64,000 nt of DNA, taken from an uncultured Candidatus Saccharibacteria bacterium (lineage in GTDB: Bacteria > Patescibacteriota > Minisyncoccia > Phycocordibacterales > UBA9973). The DNA is taken from assembly GCA_964646765.1 (NCBI GenBank), contig CAZYIA010000001.1, positions 274,105 to 338,104 on the forward strand, written 5' to 3'. The translations under genes were made by a program, and so were the position numbers. Below are positions 7,969 to 15,325 of the stretch, piece by piece. Within the stretch, counting starts at the first letter, position 1. The number at the start of each line of letters is the position of its first letter. Under the pieces are notes generated by a model that worked only from the letters and a program-made list of their open reading frames with translations, searched no databases and was not told the origin of the DNA.

Positions 7969-9756
7969 TTACAAATAACGTGCCTGGTAACAGCTCTCGC
8001 AGTAAATAGTTTCTGGCTTTTCTGGGGCATAGGTCGTTTCAAATTCGTTTGAGCACGCTCCAGAATGCTGGTGACCAGTTTCATCACACTGACACTTTCG
8101 GTGCCATAATTTCATCGGACCCCGAGAACGGAGACGCATGTAATGACGACAGTTTGGGCAAAGGCTAGGTAATGGCAAGCCAAGTCGTTTATAAAACTGG
8201 AGTTCCTGTGGCACTAGGCGAAACGCTTTCGAACATAAATGTCCTTCACAGGCACCTTGGTGGGCGCATTCGATAACTTCGTTTAAAATAGTACTTTCAT
8301 TTACTTCAGACAGTGAATTTGGAACAGTATCTTTACTCATCGTAATGGTATAAGACTTTTCTTCTGGTTCTTTCCAAGTAAAACCCTGGGCCAAGGCTTC
8401 TTCTTTTGAGAGTGGGTAGTAATCAAAAGCAATAGTTTCGTTGTAGGCAAACGGCGAAAGTTCAGCCGGGAAAAATTCTCCAAACTTGTATACTCTTCCC
8501 TTTCCATCTTGGTACGGCATGGCATTCATGTGCTCAATAATCTTCGGCACAAGTTTTTCGTATTCTTCTTTGGTATAGCGCTTGTTTAAAATCGAGTAAC
8601 TACCATTCTTCACTCCGACACAACCAAAGCAATTCTGGTTCGATGGTGAGTTGTAGAGATACATTGAGTTTGTCGATGACTTTGCATAAATGCAGAACGA
8701 AACATTTTGACAGCCTGAGAACACGCCAAACGAGTCATAAATGAGCTCAGAACCATGACCAGCATGTGAAGCGTTTCGAGCATCTTTTATATCACCGCCT
8801 GAAAGAAAGAAGTTTTTTAAATCTTCTGAACCAGGAACTAAATCAAAACAGTTAATACAGTTTTTAGCATTGGCAATATTATCACCGGTGCAATTAACTG
8901 ATTTAATAATGTGGGCGAAACGATGCGGAAACGTCAGCTTAAATTCCTCAAATTGCTTACGGACTTTTTCTAAGCCTAGACGAGTATCAAGCTTCAGTTC
9001 TTTTGCCTTCGCTTCATATTCTTCTTTTGAATATTCTTGGTTAAAAATGCAGTGCGATTTATTGCGGAGCGAAACACAACCAATACAGTTGTCACAATTT
9101 ACACAGTCATACAGAAACGTTGAATCCGAACAGCTTTTACAATATTGACCATAGCGAAGCTTGTAACATTCTTGCGAATCAGTACACTCGTAGCACAAAT
9201 TACATTTCTCAACCAAATATAAATCCTGACTATCACGAGAATGCATATTAAAAGTACTGTAGGAGCAATCTTCATTGTAGTCACCACCAAAAACGAGATA
9301 GCAATTTTTATTACTCTCAGTACAGTTACAGTAATCACTATTCACCGCATTCCAGTTCATGAGCGAAGGCCACGGCACTTCGCGAATTAGTTCCTTGAGT
9401 TGTTCAAAAAACGGCTTTGAAAAATCAACATCTTTGCCATAGCTATATGGATCCCAGCCATCACCCCACCAATATTCGCGATCATAAACCGTTAGTGGCT
9501 TGTCGTCAGAATAGATAGAGATTATTTTTTGACCTTCTTTTCCGGGGGCGTTATCAGTACGTCGATACAGAACATTTTGGTTGCGAAACACCATGCGGCG
9601 CACGAACTGACATTCTGGACACCAAGTTGGTGGCGGCACTTTCATTTTCTGATAAAAGGCTAAATCATCCGCATCCAACAAAAATATCTTACTGCAATTT
9701 TTACAGGCAACTTCCATATGCCTATAGTACTCAAAAATGCTCCGTATACAAACCAA
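7969..9756 (-). CDS. large cysteine-rich multi-zinc-ribbon protein, paralog B (function unknown)
   Basis: 595 aa (true start may be MEVACKNCSK at 9717); same architecture as 6286..7950: N-terminal ribbon CKNCSKIFLLDADDLAFYQKMKVPPPTWCPECQF, internal modules ...CIGCVSLRNKSHCIFNQEYSKEEYEAK and ...CFGCVGVKNGSYSILNKRYTKEEYEKL, C-terminal ribbons CSKAFRLVPQELQFYKRLGLPLPSLCPNCRH and CSNEFETTYAPEKPETIYCESCY. Confidence 0.7.
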   Translation of the reverse strand: MVCIRSIFEYYRHMEVACKNCSKIFLLDADDLAFYQKMKVPPPTWCPECQFVRRMVFRNQNVLYRRTDNAPGKEGQKIISIYSDDKPLTVYDREYWWGDGWDPYSYGKDVDFSKPFFEQLKELIREVPWPSLMNWNAVNSDYCNCTESNKNCYLVFGGDYNEDCSYSTFNMHSRDSQDLYLVEKCNLCYECTDSQECYKLRYGQYCKSCSDSTFLYDCVNCDNCIGCVSLRNKSHCIFNQEYSKEEYEAKAKELKLDTRLGLEKVRKQFEEFKLTFPHRFAHIIKSVNCTGDNIANAKNCINCFDLVPGSEDLKNFFLSGGDIKDARNASHAGHGSELIYDSFGVFSGCQNVSFCIYAKSSTNSMYLYNSPSNQNCFGCVGVKNGSYSILNKRYTKEEYEKLVPKIIEHMNAMPYQDGKGRVYKFGEFFPAELSPFAYNETIAFDYYPLSKEEALAQGFTWKEPEEKSYTITMSKDTVPNSLSEVNESTILNEVIECAHQGACEGHLCSKAFRLVPQELQFYKRLGLPLPSLCPNCRHYMRLRSRGPMKLWHRKCQCDETGHQHSGACSNEFETTYAPEKPETIYCESCYQARYL

Positions 9757-9782
9757 CGGAGGACTGTGTCAAAATAGTGACA

Positions 9783-11246
9783 CTAGATTAGCGGCTCAGC
9801 GACTTCTACTTTTTCAGCAGGCGCTCCTCCACCATCAGATTTATTACCACGAGTAATAGCCGCTTTTTCTTGAGCAGAACGAATGATGGTTGCTTCTTCT
9901 TCGGCAATAAGTTTCTTGGCGGCGTCGGCTGAGATAGCAAATTTACGACGAGAAGCTTCAATAATTTTTGTGCGAAGTGATCCATGAGCAGCTGGCAATA
10001 CTTTCAACGTTTCAGCAGAAAATGGATCATATGATTCACCGTCGATAGTCATTTTAACGTAAAACTCTCCCACACCGAGGTTAATCATATCTTTTACATC
10101 GAAAATCGGAGCAAATTCTGGTTTGAGTTTTACGGCATCATCACCACCCACGCGGAAACAGATAATAGAACCAACGTTACCGAGCACGGCTTGAGCAACA
10201 CGTGGTGTCAGCTGACCAACGTATTGGTGCGCTACCGTAAGGTTAATAGAATATTTACGCGCCTCAGAAAGAATGTTTTCGAAAGTATCGGTCACCACGT
10301 TTTGGAACTCATCCACATAGAGATAAAAATCGTAGCGCTTGTCGTGTGGAATTTTTGCTCGCGCCATACCAGCTTGCTTAATTTTGGTCAGGAACATTGC
10401 ACCGAAGAACGAAGAGTTTTCTTCACCAATCTTACCCTTACAAATGTTGATGAGCACAATTTTTTTGTTGTTCATCAGCCATTCAATGTCAATTTTGTTT
10501 TCCTTCTGGCCGAAAATGTTACGGAGCATCGGATCAGAAAGAAATTGCCCGAGTTTGTTAACAAGCGGGATAATAGCGTCGGTATCAAATTTTTCCGACC
10601 AGTCGGCGAATTCGATTGCCCAGAAGCGCTTCACCATATCGTCTTCAATGTACTCAACCACTTTTTGACGATAGTTACGGTCGGTAAGCATCGAAATCAT
10701 TCCGCGCATGGTTGCGTATGGATAGTCGAGAAGCGCGAGTGTGGTAAAGCGGAACACGTGCTCAAGACGCGGCGTCCAGTTAGCACCGAATTGCTTTTCC
10801 AACACTTCAATCAAACCTTGGGTTAGTTGGTGTTTGAATGCGGGGTCAACGTTAGCGAGCGGATTAAATGAGGCCGGATAGTCCATGTCAGACGGATCGA
10901 TGATGCATACGTCTTCCATACGGTTCTCTGGAATAAAGTCGAGAATGTCATCAATAAATTCTCCGTGCGGGTCGATGACACAAATGCCGTGGCCATAGGC
11001 AACATCCTGGCGCACCATCAGTTCCTGGAGTTTTGATTTTCCCACACCAGACTTCCCTACAATGTAGAGGTGGCGGCGGCGGTCAACGCGTTTAATACCA
11101 AAAACGTATTTCTTTTCTTCGAGAGCGGCCACATAGTTGGTGCGGCCGATAAATGACGCGTCTTCTGGAGGCACTTTACCAAACTCCGGCAGTTCTGTCG
11201 GTGGCGGCGCGTATTTAATTATTTGAATCTTATTCGCTCGTGCCAT
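9783..11246 (-). CDS. soluble VirD4/TraG/TraD-like P-loop ATPase (paralog of 2777..5578 N-terminal 480 aa, no C-terminal extension)
   Basis: 487 aa; IVGKSGVGKS, IDPHGE, YLYVDEFQNV, TVAHQYVGQL, GNVGSIICFRVGGDD - same motif order and spacing as the 933-aa protein. Confidence 0.7.
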   Translation of the reverse strand: MARANKIQIIKYAPPPTELPEFGKVPPEDASFIGRTNYVAALEEKKYVFGIKRVDRRRHLYIVGKSGVGKSKLQELMVRQDVAYGHGICVIDPHGEFIDDILDFIPENRMEDVCIIDPSDMDYPASFNPLANVDPAFKHQLTQGLIEVLEKQFGANWTPRLEHVFRFTTLALLDYPYATMRGMISMLTDRNYRQKVVEYIEDDMVKRFWAIEFADWSEKFDTDAIIPLVNKLGQFLSDPMLRNIFGQKENKIDIEWLMNNKKIVLINICKGKIGEENSSFFGAMFLTKIKQAGMARAKIPHDKRYDFYLYVDEFQNVVTDTFENILSEARKYSINLTVAHQYVGQLTPRVAQAVLGNVGSIICFRVGGDDAVKLKPEFAPIFDVKDMINLGVGEFYVKMTIDGESYDPFSAETLKVLPAAHGSLRTKIIEASRRKFAISADAAKKLIAEEEATIIRSAQEKAAITRGNKSDGGGAPAEKVEVAEPLI

Positions 11247-11281
11247 AGGACTTGAAATTTATTATATCACGCTTCGCAAGC

Positions 11282-11307
11282 AAAAAACCGCTCTGGGGCG
11301 GTTTTTT
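11282..11307. terminator. bidirectional rho-independent terminator downstream of gdh
   Basis: aaaaaaCCGCtctgggGCGGtttttt. Confidence 0.65.
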
Positions 11308-11326
11308 GCTTCTAACGGTAAAAATA

Positions 11327-12556
11327 TTAGAGCTTATACCCCATAGCCTCGGCAATACGCTCCATGGCCACGATAAAAGCTGCTCGGCGAAGATCAGTTT
11401 TAAGAGTCTCGGCACGCTCGTAGATAGCCAATGTTTCGCGAGTAAGCTGTTCGTTCAATTTTGAGAATACATCGGCTTCAGTCCAACGTTCACCGGAAAG
11501 ATTCTGTTCCCATTCATAGGTTGAAACGGTTACACCACCAGAGTTTGCCAAAATATCTGGTACTACTGGAACACCGCGAGAAAAGAATACTTCGTCAGCA
11601 TCAGGAGTAATTGGACCATTGGCAAGTTCAAGAATAAACTTTGCTTTTACATGCGGAGCATTTTTGTCAGTGATTTGATTTTCCAGTGCAGCGGGAATAA
11701 GCACATCACATGGAAGCTCAAGGAGTTCTTCGTTAGTTACTGTTTTTGCTCCAGGAAAACCTGCGAGGGTTCCCTTTTCTTTTTTATACGCAAAAACATC
11801 AGCCATCTTAAATCCGTCTTCCTTATAGATACCACCCTTTGAATCAGAAATTGCTACGATAGTGTAACCTTCACGTTCAAAAATTTCTCCAGCGTTGCCA
11901 CCAACGTTACCCATACCTTGGATAACAACCTTGGCACCTTTTACAATTCCATATTTTTCAGCGAGTGTGCGAAAAACGTAGTAACCACCCAAACCAGTTG
12001 CGGGACCACGACCTTCACTACCACCAACTTCAAGCGGTTTGCCGGTAAATGTTGCATTTGTTTTGTCGCCAGAAATTTTGGCGAATTCGTCTACCATCCA
12101 AGCCATAATTTCTGGCGTGGTGTTTACATCAGGAGCCGGAACATCTTTTTGCGGGCCAAGAATTGGGGCCATACCACGAACCCAACCTCGTGAAAGTGCT
12201 TCGAGTTCTTTTTTAGAAAGTTCTTTTGGGTTTACCGTGATACCACCCTTTCCCCCGCCCATCGGGATATTAGCGACAGCACACTTAAGCGCCATCCAAA
12301 ATGCGAGGGCACGCACTTCATTAATATCAGTATCTTGATGATAACGGATACCACCTTTGTATGGACCCCGAGCATTGTTATGTTCAACACGGTAGCCTTC
12401 AAACACTTTAGTGTCACCAGTATCCATTTTTACCGGAATAGAGATTCGCACTTCGCGCTGTGGTTGCGAAAGTTCAGCAAGAAATGCTGGCGGAAACTGA
12501 CGTACAACAGTGGCACGAGAGAGTTGCATGAGGGCATTTTCGAATGGATTAGACAT
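11327..12556 (-). CDS. gdhA: NAD(P)-specific glutamate dehydrogenase
   Basis: 409 aa; Glu/Leu/Phe/Val dehydrogenase signatures incl. GGGKGG active-site region and GMGNVGG dinucleotide-binding motif. Confidence 0.9.
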   Translation of the reverse strand: MSNPFENALMQLSRATVVRQFPPAFLAELSQPQREVRISIPVKMDTGDTKVFEGYRVEHNNARGPYKGGIRYHQDTDINEVRALAFWMALKCAVANIPMGGGKGGITVNPKELSKKELEALSRGWVRGMAPILGPQKDVPAPDVNTTPEIMAWMVDEFAKISGDKTNATFTGKPLEVGGSEGRGPATGLGGYYVFRTLAEKYGIVKGAKVVIQGMGNVGGNAGEIFEREGYTIVAISDSKGGIYKEDGFKMADVFAYKKEKGTLAGFPGAKTVTNEELLELPCDVLIPAALENQITDKNAPHVKAKFILELANGPITPDADEVFFSRGVPVVPDILANSGGVTVSTYEWEQNLSGERWTEADVFSKLNEQLTRETLAIYERAETLKTDLRRAAFIVAMERIAEAMGYKL

Positions 12557-12596
12557 ACAAGAAATTATTAATTACTACTAAAAATATCTACTACAT

Positions 12597-13670
12597 TTAG
12601 GTTACTTCATGCGCAGTTCCTGCTATGCGCAGTGGTAATCCATCCGCGCCATACGATAGTTCGGCAATAAGTTTAAGAGGGTGTGAACCTGAAGCAGTCG
12701 TAAATGTAACTGTCTGCATCCACTCTTTATCTTGACGATCAGCAGCTCGCTCAAGGCTACGACGAAATTCTATACGATCCGCCTCCTGCATAGCTGATTC
12801 AAATGCGTCTCGGGTAAGTCGAACATCCTTTTTAATCCCGGTAAGTTGATACATTTTTTCATCAAAGGATAATTCCTGCGTCTTTGGGATAAGGGTCCAA
12901 GTGGCAACACGCGCCCGATCAAGTGTTCCCTGAAGATATTCACGTTGGTGCTCAAGTGTCGTCGCTCGTTTTTTAAAGATTGAAAGCAAGTCAGATGAAC
13001 GGCGTAAATATAAACCAGCAAAAGTAAAAAGGATCGCCAGAAGGACGCCAATACTTATGATGGAAATTTTAATGAAACGAAGTTCTGCCTGCCATCTCGT
13101 AGCATCAACGTCCATACCCACAATTGCAATAATTGAATTATTGGCGTCACGCACCGGAGCGTATGCCGAAACCCAAGTTCCCCAACTATCTTTATATGGT
13201 CCTTCCGTGAAAGGAACTCCCTTATTGTAGTTGATAAATTGAAGTGACGATGTGTCTTCATATACTTGGCCAGGTGGAGAGTAGTCAGGACTCGAAGGAT
13301 CTTCCGAGTCGACATAGAAAAAAAGTTTCGAACCATTAGAACCCATGAGATACACAAACCGCGCGTCGGTATTTATGGTTCGCAGGTCACGCATAACCTG
13401 TTTTAGATGAATGTATTCTTTTTTCTCGGTATCAGAATATGCACCATCAAGTGCAGCAATTTCTTTTGATGGCACTAGATACGCTGCAGTTTGTACACGA
13501 GTGAGTAATCGTTCGCGAGAAGTTGCATCAGCTTTGGTAGAAACACTAAACGCAATAACAATGCTTGCTACAAGCACCGCTATACCGACGATGAAAAAAG
13601 TTGTTGACCATACTCCAGCGCCTGATTCGTGAGAACTAGTTGAGGGTACTTCGGGACTGGTATACGACAT
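12597..13670 (-). CDS. membrane sensor-domain protein (extracytoplasmic Cache-like domain between two TM helices, then PAS-like segment; no kinase/output domain)
   Basis: 357 aa; TM1 FFIVGIAVLVASIVIAF, TM2 ISIISIGVLLAILFTFAGLYL; periplasmic region resembles Cache/dCache; C-terminal ~110 aa PAS-like; ends without HisKA/HATPase. Confidence 0.4.
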   Translation of the reverse strand: MSYTSPEVPSTSSHESGAGVWSTTFFIVGIAVLVASIVIAFSVSTKADATSRERLLTRVQTAAYLVPSKEIAALDGAYSDTEKKEYIHLKQVMRDLRTINTDARFVYLMGSNGSKLFFYVDSEDPSSPDYSPPGQVYEDTSSLQFINYNKGVPFTEGPYKDSWGTWVSAYAPVRDANNSIIAIVGMDVDATRWQAELRFIKISIISIGVLLAILFTFAGLYLRRSSDLLSIFKKRATTLEHQREYLQGTLDRARVATWTLIPKTQELSFDEKMYQLTGIKKDVRLTRDAFESAMQEADRIEFRRSLERAADRQDKEWMQTVTFTTASGSHPLKLIAELSYGADGLPLRIAGTAHEVT

Positions 13671-13768
13671 AATGGGCTTTAGTATACCCTAGGGAGCAAA
13701 TGGAAGCATGTGGAGAAAACACGCCACAACTACAGCATAAAAGACCTGGTAATAAACTTTTTAGAGAG

Positions 13769-13839
13769 TCGGGGTGCCGAGAATCGAACTCGGTTCTCAC
13801 GAACCCGAATCGTGCATACTACCGGTGTACTACACCCCG
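13769..13839 (-). tRNA. tRNA-Pro (anticodon CGG)
   Basis: Manual fold: acceptor CGGGGUG/CACCCCG with C1:G72 (typical bacterial tRNA-Pro), U8A9, D-stem GUAC/GUAU, anticodon stem CACGA/UCGUG, loop UUCGGGU, T-arm CCGAG-UUCGAUU-CUCGG, discriminator A. Confidence 0.8.
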
Positions 13840-13944
13840 AGACGAAGAGGAGAATACCACATTTCATGTATTTTATCAGCTGAAATTGTCGTCAGGGATA
13901 TTTTCTGTCTTTGTGGTCACAAATATTTTTCCTGACGGAAAAAT

Positions 13945-14048
13945 TTCGCGACCCCGGCTCGCGGTTTTTGCCTTTCGCTACGCTCAAACAAAAACATCGT
14001 TCCGCCTTCCACATGTACGCAAAAATCCCCAGTAGTGGGGATTTTTGG
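13945..14048. repeat. conserved tRNA-flanking element copy A (approx. 100 nt, two hairpins; possible sRNA or tRNA 3' trailer); ends in hairpin 14021..14046
   Basis: Homologous to 15116..15200 and 22322..22414: shared 5' ttcgcgaccccgg hairpin and 3' ..tcCG.CtTCCAC....C-AAAAA-TCCCCA-gtag-TGGGGA-TTTTT; lies 7 nt from 3' end of tRNA-Ala(UGC). Confidence 0.55.
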
Positions 14049-14053
14049 TCATG

Positions 14054-14126
14054 TGGACCCTAGCGGATTCGAACCGCTGACCTCCTCTTTGCAAAAGAGG
14101 CGCTCTACCAACTAAGCTAAGGGCCC
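14054..14126 (-). tRNA. tRNA-Ala (anticodon UGC)
   Basis: Manual fold: acceptor GGGCCCU/AGGGUCC with G3:U70 Ala identity pair, D-stem GCUU/GAGC, anticodon stem CCUCU/AGAGG loop UUUGCAA, T-arm AGCGG-UUCGAAU-CCGCU, discriminator A. Confidence 0.85.
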
Positions 14127-14196
14127 AAATAAAGTTGTACGGGTATCTAAATGTATTCTCCTGAACTTTTTTGTTAGTAGAGCGCCTACGGCGGCT

Positions 14197-14226
14197 TTCC
14201 TCTCTACTTGCCAACTAAGCTAAGGG
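14197..14226 (-). repeat. duplicated 5' fragment of tRNA-Ala(UGC) (acceptor 5' strand + D-arm), tRNA remnant
   Basis: ccaactaagctaagggcccaaat is an exact copy of 14108..14130; downstream part diverges and includes an inverted copy of the anticodon-stem region (gtagagcgcc). Confidence 0.6.
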
Positions 14227-14317
14227 CCCAAATGAAGCTCTAACGGCACTATAGTACCGCATTTCGGCTATTTCGCAAGTATTTTTGGCATATTTTATGG
14301 TAAGCTAATGCATCAGT

Positions 14318-15016
14318 ATGAAGAACCTAGAGCCAAATTCAGGGAAACAGCTCACTATTAACGTACAAGGAATAAACTACGCCCGTTTTCCAGTTAAAAC
14401 TCCTGTCATTAAAAGTGGTGATGATGTTGCTGCTATTCTTAAAAATCTTGTATACAGTGAACTTCAACCTGGCGACACCCTTTTCATCAGCGAAAAAATT
14501 ATCGCTATTTCTCAAGGCCGAGCGTTTAAAATTTCGGATATTCATCCGAGTGCCTTGGCTAACTTTCTGGTTCGATTCGTACATAAATCCAAGTATGGCA
14601 TTGGCTTAGGCTCACCCTGGACAATGGAGCTCGCTCTACGTGATGTTGGTGCTCCACGAATTTTATTTGCTGCCTTTTGTGCTGCTTTAACAAAACCATT
14701 TGGTATAAAAGGAGTTTTCTATCATGTAGCTGGAAAGGATGTAAATGCAATTGATGGCCCATGCGACTATACCCTTCCACCATATAATGAGTACGCAAAA
14801 CTTGGACCCAAAAAACCTAACGAAGAAGCAAAAAAGATCTCAGGTGCGCTTAATGTACCAGTTGTTATCATTGATGCCAACGACCTTGGGGTAAACATTC
14901 TTGGCCGATCATCAAAAGAAATATCTCTTGATTGGGCAAAAGCAATCTTCAAAGACAACCCACTTGGCCAGGCTTCACAACAAACCCCTGCAGCAATCGT
15001 TAGAAAAACAAAATAG
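14318..15016 (+). CDS. CofE/F420-0:gamma-glutamyl ligase-like family protein
   Basis: 232 aa; TLFISEKIIAISQGRA and GIGLGSPW segments resemble the F420-ligase (PF01996-type) fold; assignment from memory of family pattern only. Confidence 0.4.
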   Translation: MKNLEPNSGKQLTINVQGINYARFPVKTPVIKSGDDVAAILKNLVYSELQPGDTLFISEKIIAISQGRAFKISDIHPSALANFLVRFVHKSKYGIGLGSPWTMELALRDVGAPRILFAAFCAALTKPFGIKGVFYHVAGKDVNAIDGPCDYTLPPYNEYAKLGPKKPNEEAKKISGALNVPVVIIDANDLGVNILGRSSKEISLDWAKAIFKDNPLGQASQQTPAAIVRKTK

Positions 15017-15018
15017 TT

Positions 15019-15032
15019 GACCGCACCGGACT
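15019..15032. repeat. 14-nt direct repeat of the 3' end of tRNA-Ala(GGC) (gaccgcaccggact = 15210..15223)
   Basis: Exact 14-nt match 190 bp from the tRNA 3' end, immediately after the stop of the CofE-like gene. Confidence 0.55.
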
Positions 15033-15115
15033 TTCTGCCTACCGCAGAATCGTGTATCACGAATCACTAAGCATAATTCTTCTCCGTCAGTCGACAGATC
15101 GAATTCTGCAAAGTG

Positions 15116-15200
15116 TTCGCGACCCCGCCTCGTCTGTCGCATTGCGACATGGCTCCGGCCTCCACAAGTATCAAAAAATCCCAAGCAGTTGGGATTTTTC
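15116..15200. repeat. conserved tRNA-flanking element copy B; ends in hairpin 15173..15199
   Basis: ttcgcgaccccgcctcg...ctCCGGCCTCCACaagtatc-AAAAAA-TCCCAA-gcag-TTGGGA-TTTTT; 8 nt from 3' end of tRNA-Ala(GGC). Confidence 0.55.
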
Positions 15201-15207
15201 TCTCTAG

Positions 15208-15280
15208 TGGACCGCACCGGACTTGAACCGGTCACCTCTCCCATGCCATGGGAACGCTCTACCAGATGAGCTAGCGGCCC
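15208..15280 (-). tRNA. tRNA-Ala (anticodon GGC)
   Basis: Manual fold: acceptor GGGCCGC/GCGGUCC with G3:U70, D-stem GCUC/GAGC, anticodon stem UUCCC/GGGAG loop AUGGCAU, T-arm ACCGG-UUCAAGU-CCGGU, discriminator A. Confidence 0.8.
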
Positions 15281-15325
15281 GAAATGTCGGGACAATGTAA
15301 CACGAAACACTTATTTTGGAAAAGG

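Noticed and set aside
10191-10826. 211-aa plus-strand ORF
   Set aside because: Lies entirely antisense inside the well-supported VirD4-like ATPase gene 9783..11246.
13700-14035. 111-aa plus-strand ORF
   Set aside because: Overlaps tRNA-Pro and the conserved tRNA-flanking element. No protein-like features.
15034-15115. Additional hairpins (TTCTGC-ctacc-GCAGAA, GTCGAC palindrome) between the CofE-like gene and element copy B
   Set aside because: Short 5-6-bp stems without U-runs. Within the noise expected for AT-rich intergenic DNA.
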